Positions 1 through 9,434 of a DNA stretch of 64,000 bases are shown here, piece by piece. The notes under the pieces were generated by a model. It was not told the origin of the DNA. It worked only from the letters and a program-made list of their open reading frames with translations, and ran no database searches. The DNA is taken from contig JBGTBM010000007.1 in the NCBI GenBank assembly GCA_041749335.1, positions 21,408-85,407 of the forward strand, in the 5' to 3' direction. Within the stretch, counting starts at the first letter, position 1; each line of letters opens with the position of its first letter. The position numbers and the translations under genes were made by a program. The DNA comes from Patescibacteria group bacterium (GTDB lineage Bacteria > Patescibacteriota > JABMPQ01).

Positions 1-206
1 AAAAAACTCAAAATTCCTGATACTGCAATCAATTTACAAATTTGTTTAAGTTTATGTAAAATTATTTTCATATATTAAATTTAAAATGACCTTATTAATA
101 TAATCTCAAATAACTATGAATATTTCAAGAGCAAAGGTATAATTAAATAAAAGATAGAAATATTTAATTAAAAATATAAAAAAGTAAGAATAAATAATTA
201 AAACAT

Positions 207-1976
207 ATGCGAAAAAAAATAATGGGATTGATCGTAGCTTTTACGGGAATATTTATAAGCGTAAGTGTTTCGGAGGCATCAACCGCGGACATTATACAGC
301 CTGCCGGCGCGACTACTTTTTTTGAATCAATCAGGGTCGGCCTGCCCGGTGTCGGAGGAGTAACTTTTTTTAACGGTTCGGTTTTAAACGAAAGCGGACC
401 TTTTGTAATTGCGGACGAACTTCGTGTGGATGGAGCAATTTTTCGAGTAGAGCGGGGCGGAAGCAACGCGGTAAAAATTGCCGATAGCATTATTCCCGAA
501 AGTAACAATGTTTATGATTTAGGGAGTGCGAGCAATAAGTGGAAATCAATATATGCTGGCTCGGTTACCGTTAATAGTTTGGTTGGCACCGGCATTATTA
601 ACGGTGAAAATATTGCCAGCGGGGCTATTAAAAATACGAATGTGTCTGCTGTCGCCGCGATTGATCCAACAAAAATTAGCGGAACCGCTTTGATTAAGGG
701 AACAAATTTTTCCGGCGATGTAGCCGGCAAGTACAATAATTTGCAAATCGGAGCCGGCAAGATTGGGAATGCAGAAATAGCCAGTGGTGCGGTTACTAAT
801 GCAAAAATTGATAACAATACCATCAAAAATGAAAAAATTAGTTCCAGCGCCAACATTGCTGCCAGCAAAATAGCCGGAATTGCACTGATTCAAACGACAT
901 TATTTGGCGGGGATATTGGCGGAGTATATAATAATATAGAAATAAATGAAAATACCGTTGGAGCTACAGAAATAGCAGACGGCTCAATCACAAATTCGGA
1001 TATTTATAGTGCAGCTGCCATTAATCCCAGTAAGATACTTGGAACGGCGCTAACAAGCGGTACCATGTTTGCTGGCGATGTGAGTGGAACTTATAGTAAT
1101 TTACAAATTGGAGAGGGCGTGGTGGACAGCAGGGAAATTGCTAATTCTTCTATTATTGATCAAGATATTTCAAACGAGGCGGAAATTGACAATGCTAAAA
1201 TATATGGCATTGCTCTTACGCAATCTTTCACTAACTTTGCAGGAGATATTAGCGGGAGCTGGAATAATTTACAGATAGGAAGCGGAAAGGTTGGGTCAGT
1301 GGAAATAGTGGACGGGTCGGTGGCTAATTTAGATTTGGCTGGCGGAATTGCTCCAGCAAAAATTTCCGGGACGGCCTTGATTCAATCCACTACATTTGGC
1401 GGAGATGTTAGCGGTACCTATAATACTTTACAGATAGCCGCTGGCGTGGTAGGTTCCAATGAAATTGCCAATAATTCAATAGTAGATGCCGACATTAACG
1501 CAAGCGCCAATATCGCTGCCAGTAAAATAAATGATGGCATGGGATCCGGACTAGACGCGGATACCGTTGATGGCTTTGATATTGATGCGGAGGTGGGTTT
1601 TATGTATAGACCCAGTTCTTCAACCAGCGACACGGTACTTACTCAAATAACATATAATTCTAAATATTGTCGGATGGTTTATAAATATTTAAATCCGGGG
1701 AATGATACGATCGTTCTAGAAAATGAAACTGGCGGACTAACTTGTGAATATTGGGGTAATTATAATGGAGCATATTTTAGCGGTTCGGTTGCTGCCGGCG
1801 CTTCATCTCCCGCTTTATGTACCGTGGAGACAGGAATAAACAGTTGCCAGCTTGCCTTTGGCCACATGTCGGTTGATAATGGCGGCTATGTTCAATCTTG
1901 GCTTCTTCAAAACGGCACTGGCCATCTGAAAGGTTATTATTTACGCGCGCCGACCGGACCTTATCCGATGGATTGA
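207..1976 (+). CDS. Secreted repeat-rich surface protein, tail-fibre/adhesin-like
   Basis: N-terminal signal peptide; five ~55-aa repeats (KI.G.AL...F.GD..G.YN.LQI....VG..EI); fibre-type motifs P..NNVYDLGSAS.KW..IY and SGLDADTVDG. Confidence 0.6.
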   Translation: MRKKIMGLIVAFTGIFISVSVSEASTADIIQPAGATTFFESIRVGLPGVGGVTFFNGSVLNESGPFVIADELRVDGAIFRVERGGSNAVKIADSIIPESNNVYDLGSASNKWKSIYAGSVTVNSLVGTGIINGENIASGAIKNTNVSAVAAIDPTKISGTALIKGTNFSGDVAGKYNNLQIGAGKIGNAEIASGAVTNAKIDNNTIKNEKISSSANIAASKIAGIALIQTTLFGGDIGGVYNNIEINENTVGATEIADGSITNSDIYSAAAINPSKILGTALTSGTMFAGDVSGTYSNLQIGEGVVDSREIANSSIIDQDISNEAEIDNAKIYGIALTQSFTNFAGDISGSWNNLQIGSGKVGSVEIVDGSVANLDLAGGIAPAKISGTALIQSTTFGGDVSGTYNTLQIAAGVVGSNEIANNSIVDADINASANIAASKINDGMGSGLDADTVDGFDIDAEVGFMYRPSSSTSDTVLTQITYNSKYCRMVYKYLNPGNDTIVLENETGGLTCEYWGNYNGAYFSGSVAAGASSPALCTVETGINSCQLAFGHMSVDNGGYVQSWLLQNGTGHLKGYYLRAPTGPYPMD

Positions 1977-1997
1977 TAAGCCTGGTTTTAAAATAAT

Positions 1998-2030
1998 AAA
2001 AAAGCACTTTTTGTACGAGGTGCTTTTTTT
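1998..2030. terminator. Bidirectional intrinsic terminator
   Basis: aaaaaagcact...ggtgcttttttt hairpin between convergent genes. Confidence 0.7.
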
Positions 2031-2034
2031 ATGA

Positions 2035-3243
2035 TTATTTTTTTAGCGTTATTTTAAGATCTTTGGTTTCAATGCTTTTAAGGGTTACTCCGGAGGGCAG
2101 AGTAATCATGGATGGGTCTATGGAAATGATAAAACTGCCCGCGCCCTTACCGGCTAAATCAATATTGGTAACAACACCGCCGGAAGTCAAATTGTTAATG
2201 ATGGGGGCGCCTCCTTCGACTATTACTTTAATACTGTCGGGGTCGTATGAATTTATTTCTAAATCGGAAGAAATATTTTTAAAATTTATCACCGAATCGA
2301 TCGTGCGGGTGATTAGTTGAGCATCAAGCTGTATGGTTATTTTAATATTTTGGTCTTCAATTTGTGTTACTCCCGCTGGTAATTCCAGCTGTGCGTCATA
2401 TTCCGCATTGGCGTTAATTCCCGAAATATCTATCGCCTGGGTGTTAAGATAACTTATCCCGCTTAGTACTTCTGTTTCGCCCTTTATGGATACGACAGCC
2501 GGGTTGATGCTGGTTTGCGTAATAAAATATCCCGGGGCTGGATTACCGCTTAAATTAGCTTTGATGCCAACGGTCTTTACTTCCTCCTTGGCTCTTATCG
2601 GTATTATCACTTCAATATTTTTTGGATGGATTGTAACCTCGGTAATTTTCTTATTATTAGCATCTCTGGCTTCTAGTTCAATCAGCTTTTTAATTTCTGA
2701 CATTTCATTGGCGATATTAATTGGCGCCACCAATTTTTCTATTTTTTCTAAAGAACTGCCGGCACCTTTTATTTCTGCTTGATTTACGGATAGAATCGCT
2801 TGGTCGGTTTGATAATTTTCGTTAACTTCTCCTGAAATTTCAACTTCAATTTCTTTTTGAATTGATTCCAATGTTTCCAGGGTTATTTTCATTTTTTTTG
2901 GTTCCAGCTCAAGCAAAGTAACGGCGGGATTTTCAAAAGAAACCATGATATCTTTTTCGTATGAGCCTTGCCTTAGCCCCTTTAAATCAATAAATACCTT
3001 GGTATTTTCCAGCAAAGAAGTATTTGAAATGCTGGTAGGAACTCTAACCTTTACTTTAACTTGTCCCAAATTGCTAGTTAAAGCAAGATCCTCGGAAATG
3101 TTATAGGCCTCAACTGGAACTTCGGTATCTAAAAAATCAACTCGATAGCCTTCATTAATAACATAAGTCCATAAGAATATCGCGCTAAAGATAGCCAGCA
3201 CCTTTATCGGCAGATTGTTAGTGAAGAATTCTTTAATAAACAT
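2035..3243 (-). CDS. cdaR: CdaR/YbbR-like regulator of diadenylate cyclase
   Basis: N-terminal TM (IKVLAIFSAIFLW) plus repeated YbbR-type beta domains; immediately downstream of cdaA. Confidence 0.85.
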   Translation of the reverse strand: MFIKEFFTNNLPIKVLAIFSAIFLWTYVINEGYRVDFLDTEVPVEAYNISEDLALTSNLGQVKVKVRVPTSISNTSLLENTKVFIDLKGLRQGSYEKDIMVSFENPAVTLLELEPKKMKITLETLESIQKEIEVEISGEVNENYQTDQAILSVNQAEIKGAGSSLEKIEKLVAPINIANEMSEIKKLIELEARDANNKKITEVTIHPKNIEVIIPIRAKEEVKTVGIKANLSGNPAPGYFITQTSINPAVVSIKGETEVLSGISYLNTQAIDISGINANAEYDAQLELPAGVTQIEDQNIKITIQLDAQLITRTIDSVINFKNISSDLEINSYDPDSIKVIVEGGAPIINNLTSGGVVTNIDLAGKGAGSFIISIDPSMITLPSGVTLKSIETKDLKITLKK

Positions 3244-4059
3244 TTATGCTTTTAATGAATCAATTAAAAATTTTTCTAATGTCTCAACGGTTAAATTTTC
3301 TTTTAATTTACCATTTTTGCTAACTGAAATTATTCCTCTTTCCTCGGAAATTATTATGGATATCGCATCCGTTTCTTCGGTGATTCCAATTGCGGCTCGG
3401 TGGCGGGTGCCATGGGTATAGGAATAATCTCCTTCTGATAGTGGCAACATACAGCCGGCCGCTAATACTTCATTTTTATGAATAATTACCGCTCCGTCAT
3501 GCAGCGGAGAGTTGGGATAAAATAAATTCAATAGCAATTCGCTGGATAATTTGCCATTAATTCTGGTACCGGTTTCGATATATTCCTCCAGTCCGGTGTT
3601 TTGCATAATAACAATCAGCGCCCCAACTTTATTTTTTTGGAATATTTTTATTGCTTTAATCAATTCGTTAACCAATTTACCAAAAGTTTTAGAACTTAGG
3701 CCCCTCTTAAGGAGTTCCGCCCGACCTAATTTTTCTAAAGCACGCCTTAATTCCGGTTGAAATACTATCGGAATCGCAACGATGATAAAGGTGGTTATGT
3801 GGCGTTGTGCCCAATTTAGCGTTTGTAAATTCAACAATCTTCCCAGCAGTAAAATAATGATTAAAACTATCGCGCCATAAATTATTTTGGTTGCCTTCGT
3901 GCCCTTAATAAAAAGAAAGACATAATAAATTATACCTGCCACAATCGCGATATCCAAAAAAGTTAAAATATAATCTAAAAACCCAAAATTTGCAAGATAA
4001 GCATTAATTCCGCTAATTATAGAAGATAATAAAGATGGGCTTGAAATTGAATTATTCAT
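3244..4059 (-). CDS. cdaA: Diadenylate cyclase CdaA/DacA
   Basis: 3 TM helices, FQPELRRALE, DAC motifs LHDGA and GTRHRAA. Confidence 0.93.
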   Translation of the reverse strand: MNNSISSPSLLSSIISGINAYLANFGFLDYILTFLDIAIVAGIIYYVFLFIKGTKATKIIYGAIVLIIILLLGRLLNLQTLNWAQRHITTFIIVAIPIVFQPELRRALEKLGRAELLKRGLSSKTFGKLVNELIKAIKIFQKNKVGALIVIMQNTGLEEYIETGTRINGKLSSELLLNLFYPNSPLHDGAVIIHKNEVLAAGCMLPLSEGDYSYTHGTRHRAAIGITEETDAISIIISEERGIISVSKNGKLKENLTVETLEKFLIDSLKA

Positions 4060-4095
4060 ATTTTAATTATACAGGCATTCAACAAATTTGAAAAT

Positions 4096-5076
4096 TTATA
4101 ATATTTTCCACCGCCCTTGAGTATTTATTAATTTGCCGTGAATACTAAAACCTGCTGCTTTTTTGTGGCCTCCGCCGCCAAACAAAGCGGCGATTTTAGA
4201 TACATCAATATTGTCATGAAGTGTGCGAAAACTGCCCTTTATTTCATTCTTATCTCTTTCCGAAAGCACTAAAGAGGCTTTGGCTTCAGGGATGCTATTA
4301 AGAAAATTAGCTACTCCCTCCAGATCTTCATATACTGCGCTGCATTTATTAAGGTCTTCTCTAGTTATTATAGTAGAAATAATACCAAATTTATTGTTTT
4401 TGGATAAGCGAGCTAGAGCCAAACCCCACAGCTTTAAGGCGGAGAGGGATTTATCTTTGAGGTTATAGCGGGTAATCGCTTTTAAATTTGCTCCTCGAGA
4501 TAGCAAATAGGATGTAATTCGTAGCGTGCGTATTGATGTATTGGGATTTTTAAAGCTATCGGTGTCGACAAATATTCCATTTAAAATGCAGGTAGCAATA
4601 TCTGAGGTAATTTTTATTTTAATATCTTTGAGCAGGTTGAAAATTATTTCACAAACAGAAGAAATATTGGATTCTATATAATTTACATTGCCGTATCTGG
4701 GATTATCGTGGTGATGGTCAATATTAATAATAAGAGGCAGTTTATCTTTTTGAAAATAATTATTTAAACCGGTTAGCTCGTAAGTGGCTGAATCGAGTGT
4801 GATAATTATTTCCACATTCTTTTGCGATTTTGCATAATTTGATAATTCTATAATTTTATCAGATTCAGGCAATATATTAAAGCGCTGGGAAATTGCATCA
4901 TCACAGGCAAGAATTGTATTTTTGCCTAATTTTTTTAAAGCCAAGCGTAAGGCTAGCATGCTGCCGATAGCGTCGCCATCGGGTTTTTTGTGTCCGATAA
5001 TCAGAAAATTATTATATTTTTTTAAAAAATATAAAATTCGATTGTAAAGGATTGTTCGTTCGGAAAAAAAAATCAT
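4096..5076 (-). CDS. nrnA: DHH/DHHA1 phosphoesterase (NrnA-like oligoribonuclease/pAp phosphatase)
   Basis: H..PDGDAIGS, IDHH, DT..F and GGGHKKAAG motifs; follows rbfA. Confidence 0.88.
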   Translation of the reverse strand: MIFFSERTILYNRILYFLKKYNNFLIIGHKKPDGDAIGSMLALRLALKKLGKNTILACDDAISQRFNILPESDKIIELSNYAKSQKNVEIIITLDSATYELTGLNNYFQKDKLPLIINIDHHHDNPRYGNVNYIESNISSVCEIIFNLLKDIKIKITSDIATCILNGIFVDTDSFKNPNTSIRTLRITSYLLSRGANLKAITRYNLKDKSLSALKLWGLALARLSKNNKFGIISTIITREDLNKCSAVYEDLEGVANFLNSIPEAKASLVLSERDKNEIKGSFRTLHDNIDVSKIAALFGGGGHKKAAGFSIHGKLINTQGRWKIL

Positions 5077-5424
5077 CTATTTTTTATTTTTTTCTATCAA
5101 TTCGGCCATTCTGTGAATTTTATCCTGGGTTTTATCCTGGTCAAATCTAATTTGCGGAACGAAACTCATTACCAGCTTCTTATTTAAAATTTTCTGAATA
5201 TAGGCGATTCTATGATTAAGCAGCTTAAAAATTACAGCTGTTTTAATTTTAGGTAAAATACTGATATAAATTTTAGCATGCTTTATATCTATTGAAGTTT
5301 CTACTGAAATTACTGTCACTAAAACACCCTTGGGCAGATCAATTTCAGAATTTATTATTTTGGCTACCTCTTCTTGAATTAAACTGCTAACTTTTTTTAA
5401 TCGATGATTATAATTTTTTAACAT
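5077..5424 (-). CDS. rbfA: Ribosome-binding factor A
   Basis: R..KV..LIQEEVA, VTV..VETS.D.KHAKIYIS, VPQIRF; follows infB. Confidence 0.92.
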   Translation of the reverse strand: MLKNYNHRLKKVSSLIQEEVAKIINSEIDLPKGVLVTVISVETSIDIKHAKIYISILPKIKTAVIFKLLNHRIAYIQKILNKKLVMSFVPQIRFDQDKTQDKIHRMAELIEKNKK

Positions 5425-5430
5425 ATCCGA

Positions 5431-7221
5431 CTATAATGATTTTTTGATAACTTCTTCTTTCCAAGTTTCTAATTTGTCTCCCGGTTTGATTTTGGCTTGT
5501 CCGGAAAAAACCATTCCGCATTCATTGCCCTGGCTCACCTCGCTGACATCCACCTTGCCTTCCTGTAAACTAATTATTTGGCCTTGTCCGATTTCTTTAT
5601 CTTCGCGCAATATTCTGGCATGAGAATTATTTTCTAAATGCTTGCTGGCTACGCGGCCGCCGATAATCATTTTGCCTTTTTCGGTGCGAAATACTTTTAG
5701 TACTTCTAGTGTTCCCAAATCTTTAATCTTAATTTCCGGTTCAATCATTGCTTCAAGTTTGGATTTGATATCATTAATTAAATCGTAAATTACGTTATAA
5801 TTTTTAATTTCAACTTTCTGATCTTCTGCCATTCTTTTTGCTACTGTGGTAGGTTCAGAATTAAATCCGGCGATCAAGGCGGAAGCGGAAGCGGCCATCA
5901 TCACATCCGACTCCGTGATTTTACCTGCTCCGTAGTTTATTACATTGGCTTTGACTTGGTCTGATTTAATTTTTGCCAAAGACTGCAAGATTGCTTCAAC
6001 CGATCCTTGTACATCCGCTTTCAATATAATATTTAATTTAATAATTTTCTTATTCTCATCACTCTCTACCGTTTTAACCATTTGCGGCTGAGATATTTTT
6101 TTCAGTTTAGAAATTTTTTGTTTAGCTTTTTCAATTGATTCTTCTGCAAATAAGATATCGCCAACATCGGGTACATTTTCCAGGCCTAAAATTTTGACCG
6201 GAGTGGAGGGTTTGGCATGATTTACTCTTTTACCAAGATAATTTTCCATCAGTTTTATTTTTCCCAGAATGGGACCGACAGTAACGATATCGCCTAAAGC
6301 CAAGGTTCCATTCTGCACTAAAATAGTAGCCTCAACGCCCCTTTTTGAGTCCTTATCAGATTCAATAATAGTACCGATTGCTTTTGCCTTGGGATTTGCT
6401 TTTAGGCTATCCATTTCAGCTACCAATAAAACCATATCTAAAAGTTCATCAATGTTAATATTTTGTTTAGCGGATATATTAACAAAAATTGTGTCTCCAC
6501 CCCATTCCTCCGGCATTACGCCCTTATCGGCAAGTTGTTTCTTAACTTTTTCCGGGTCGGCGTCAGGTTTATCAATTTTATTAATGGCAACGATCAAAGG
6601 AATCCCGGCATTTTTAATATGTTTAAGAGCTTCTAGCGTTTGCGGCTTAACTCCGTCATCTGCCGCTACAATTAAAATCGCGATGTCGGTAACTTTGGCG
6701 CCTCTTTCGCGCATAGCAGCGAATGCTTCATGTCCGGGGGTATCGAGAAAAGTAATTAACTTTCCCTTTTTACGCACTTGATAGGCGCCGATGTGTTGTG
6801 TAATGCCTCCCGCTTCTTGATCGATAACGTGGGTTTCTCTAATCGTGTCTAATAGTTTGGTTTTACCATGATCAACGTGGCCCATTACTGCTACAACCGG
6901 CGGCCGATCTTTTAAGTCATCTTTATTTGTTTCTTTAAATTCTTCGATTAATTTTTTTCGCAAGCCTTGCTCCTTCGTTATTTCTGATTCATCTCTTTCT
7001 TTAGTCACAAGATAGCCTAAATCTTGGGCGATTAAAGAGGCGGTATCAAAATCAATCTCTTCATTAATTGAAGCCATTATTCCATTATTTATTAAAATCG
7101 TAATAATTTCTGCCGGAGTCATTTTTAATAGGTCAGAAAAATTTTTTACTGATATAGAGGCCGGTATGGCGATGCTGTCCTTTTTTACAGGCGTAGCATC
7201 GTTTTGTTCTTGAGTAGTCAT
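5431..7221 (-). CDS. infB: Translation initiation factor IF-2 (short N-terminus)
   Basis: RPPVVAVMGHVDHGKT, DTPGHEAF, NKID, KADVQGS motifs. Confidence 0.97.
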   Translation of the reverse strand: MTTQEQNDATPVKKDSIAIPASISVKNFSDLLKMTPAEIITILINNGIMASINEEIDFDTASLIAQDLGYLVTKERDESEITKEQGLRKKLIEEFKETNKDDLKDRPPVVAVMGHVDHGKTKLLDTIRETHVIDQEAGGITQHIGAYQVRKKGKLITFLDTPGHEAFAAMRERGAKVTDIAILIVAADDGVKPQTLEALKHIKNAGIPLIVAINKIDKPDADPEKVKKQLADKGVMPEEWGGDTIFVNISAKQNINIDELLDMVLLVAEMDSLKANPKAKAIGTIIESDKDSKRGVEATILVQNGTLALGDIVTVGPILGKIKLMENYLGKRVNHAKPSTPVKILGLENVPDVGDILFAEESIEKAKQKISKLKKISQPQMVKTVESDENKKIIKLNIILKADVQGSVEAILQSLAKIKSDQVKANVINYGAGKITESDVMMAASASALIAGFNSEPTTVAKRMAEDQKVEIKNYNVIYDLINDIKSKLEAMIEPEIKIKDLGTLEVLKVFRTEKGKMIIGGRVASKHLENNSHARILREDKEIGQGQIISLQEGKVDVSEVSQGNECGMVFSGQAKIKPGDKLETWKEEVIKKSL

Positions 7222-7373
7222 ATTAAAAAAAGTTAAATAAATATATGCTTATCTTATAGAAAAATAATTTAACTGTCAAAGAAAATGGCAATAACAAGGT
7301 AAAGATCAAAAAATATATTTATTTTAAAGATTTTATATAATATGATTTAATTAGAATAAATAATATAACAAAT

Positions 7374-7814
7374 ATGAGATCAAGAGAAAATTTTAGCCTG
7401 GAGCCAAGCGGACAAGAGCGGGAAATAACCCAGAAGGTAAAAGAAAATCCCAAGGCATATGTTGAGGATCAGATTAGGATGGAAATGGAACAGCGCTTTG
7501 ACGGAATGAGCGCTAGTGATTTGGTAAAATATGGAGAAAGAGGTTCAAAGGAAAGAATGAATATGATCGAAAACTTTATAAACTATTACGATCTTACAGT
7601 TAAAGAAGCAGAAAAAATAGCACAGGAAAAGCTACACCCTTCCTTTTATTCTGTAATGCAAAAGACCGAGTTGATTGGAAGCGTATTGGAGAAGGTGATC
7701 AAAACAGCCGCACAGCGCGAAAAACTAGAAGAGGATAGAGTCAATAAAGAGAAATCAGCAGCATTTAAAGGCAGAAGTAAACGTCCTCCTGAGACGTTGC
7801 ATTATGGAGATTAA
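7374..7814 (+). CDS. Hypothetical protein
   Basis: 146-aa charged helical ORF filling the gap between infB and the DAGK-like gene. Confidence 0.6.
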   Translation: MRSRENFSLEPSGQEREITQKVKENPKAYVEDQIRMEMEQRFDGMSASDLVKYGERGSKERMNMIENFINYYDLTVKEAEKIAQEKLHPSFYSVMQKTELIGSVLEKVIKTAAQREKLEEDRVNKEKSAAFKGRSKRPPETLHYGD

Positions 7815-7817
7815 TGA

Positions 7818-8666
7818 CTAAAAGTGCCTGTTTTTGCCTAAAAGCGCCTTGAAGTATTTCATTTTTATGGTAACTTCGATGGGAGTTTTTACTTTGACAA
7901 TATTATCCAGGTGGGCGAAAATTTTATCTTTGGTGTTGATGGTGATATTTTTCGTTGTAAAAAAACTTATATCTGAGAAAGAATCGGTCTCTTTTTGCAA
8001 GTTGTTAGATATTAAAAGGTTGGCTAAGCCGTCATAAGGGCTTATTTTTTTTAAATTTATCCCTTGATTATTGAGCTGTTTTTTCCAGTAATCATTATAA
8101 ATATTGATAATATCTATTTTTTCAGCCGTAGAGGTTAATTTAAAATTTTGCAAAACCAATTGAATTTCTGCCAATTGAATTTCGCCGCCTTTTATAAATA
8201 TATTTTTTATTTTATCAAACGTCCCTTTGTTTTTTAAAGTAGATTGTTGAATACTGAGCGAAGTTAAAAAATAGTCTTTATTGGCCTTACCGATATCAAT
8301 TTTATCAATTTTGCGCCGAGAGATCATGCTGCAGGCATCTTCAATATTAGTGGGAAATCCCAGGCAGTCGGCTATATCAGATGTTTCAAAAGGGATAATG
8401 CCGAACGCCGGCGTATTCTCTTGGTTGGGGTGTTTACAGATTGCATTAATAACTTTGCTAGCGGTGCTGTCATTGCCAACCGCAACAATTTGCTCAATAT
8501 TTCTATTTGAAAGAACATCGCGTACGATGTCCTCAATGGGTCTAACTTTCGTTACTTGTATTTTATCATCAAATATTCCCAGATCATTCAATTGCATGCT
8601 CATGCGATGATAAATTCTGGCATATCTTTTTTCCTTGATAAAATTATCAATGATATAAAAATACAT
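7818..8666 (-). CDS. Diacylglycerol kinase-like (YegS/DAGKc) family protein, degenerate
   Basis: IVAVGNDST..KVIN, FGIIP, IDIGKAN..YF, DG.ANL; canonical GGDGT altered to GNDST. Confidence 0.7.
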   Translation of the reverse strand: MYFYIIDNFIKEKRYARIYHRMSMQLNDLGIFDDKIQVTKVRPIEDIVRDVLSNRNIEQIVAVGNDSTASKVINAICKHPNQENTPAFGIIPFETSDIADCLGFPTNIEDACSMISRRKIDKIDIGKANKDYFLTSLSIQQSTLKNKGTFDKIKNIFIKGGEIQLAEIQLVLQNFKLTSTAEKIDIINIYNDYWKKQLNNQGINLKKISPYDGLANLLISNNLQKETDSFSDISFFTTKNITINTKDKIFAHLDNIVKVKTPIEVTIKMKYFKALLGKNRHF

Positions 8667-8683
8667 TATAGTTAGAATTATTC

Positions 8684-9100
8684 TTATTCTTCAGTTGCCT
8701 TTTCGTTTTTCTTTTTTGCGGCAGATTCGGCATTGTCTTGCATATTGCTTTGTCCGGAAAATAAAGCGCCTGGCGCAATCGATAGCATTTGGCTGGAGAT
8801 ATCGCCAATTACCTTTCCATTTTCAATTATTTCCAATTTTTGCGAGGAATTGATATTTCCTTCAACCAAGCCGGCGATTGAAATATTTGCTGCGTTAATT
8901 TCCGCTTTAATTTTAGCGGAATCTCCCACTAATAAATTACCTTTTGTTTCAATTTTGCCGGAAACGTTGCCATAAATGCTAATATTTCCCTCTCCGATTA
9001 AATTTCCTTCTAATTTTACTGAAGGTCCAATAATAGTTTCAACGTCTTGATCCTGAATATTTTCCGCGTTATCGTAATTTTCCTGATTATTTTTAAACAT
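8684..9100 (-). CDS. Bactofilin (polymer-forming cytoskeletal protein)
   Basis: ETIIGPSVKLEGNL...G.V.G.I...GA.FSGQSNM beta-helix signature. Confidence 0.92.
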   Translation of the reverse strand: MFKNNQENYDNAENIQDQDVETIIGPSVKLEGNLIGEGNISIYGNVSGKIETKGNLLVGDSAKIKAEINAANISIAGLVEGNINSSQKLEIIENGKVIGDISSQMLSIAPGALFSGQSNMQDNAESAAKKKNEKATEE

Positions 9101-9105
9101 ATTTT

Positions 9106-9378
9106 TTATTTCTGATTAGTGGTGGGTTTTTCCTCTTTATTTCCTTTTTTATTCTTTTTTTCGGCCGCTTGCTTTTTTTGCTGGAGCTTTTTATCTTCTT
9201 TGGTTTTAATTTCAATCACTTGTTTACCCTTATAGTATCCGCAATATGAGCATACATGATGGGGAACAATAGGTTTTTTGCAATTAGGACATTTTGATAA
9301 TACGGGTTTTTTCAAAGCATGGTGGCTTCGCCTTTGATTTTTTGCAGATTTAGTTGTCTTCTTTTTTGGTACTGGCAT
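9106..9378 (-). CDS. rpmF: 50S ribosomal protein L32 (Zn-binding form) with basic tail
   Basis: MPVPKKKTTKS...RRSHHAL, CPNC...PHHVCSYCGYYKG. Confidence 0.95.
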   Translation of the reverse strand: MPVPKKKTTKSAKNQRRSHHALKKPVLSKCPNCKKPIVPHHVCSYCGYYKGKQVIEIKTKEDKKLQQKKQAAEKKNKKGNKEEKPTTNQK

Positions 9379-9434
9379 GAAATTAAAATTAAAAATTAAA
9401 TATTCTAATAATTAGGATAAATATAGAGGAAAAA

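Noticed and set aside
207-1976. Prophage tail gene
   Set aside because: It has a signal peptide and is followed by housekeeping genes; no phage genes are visible, though upstream context is missing.
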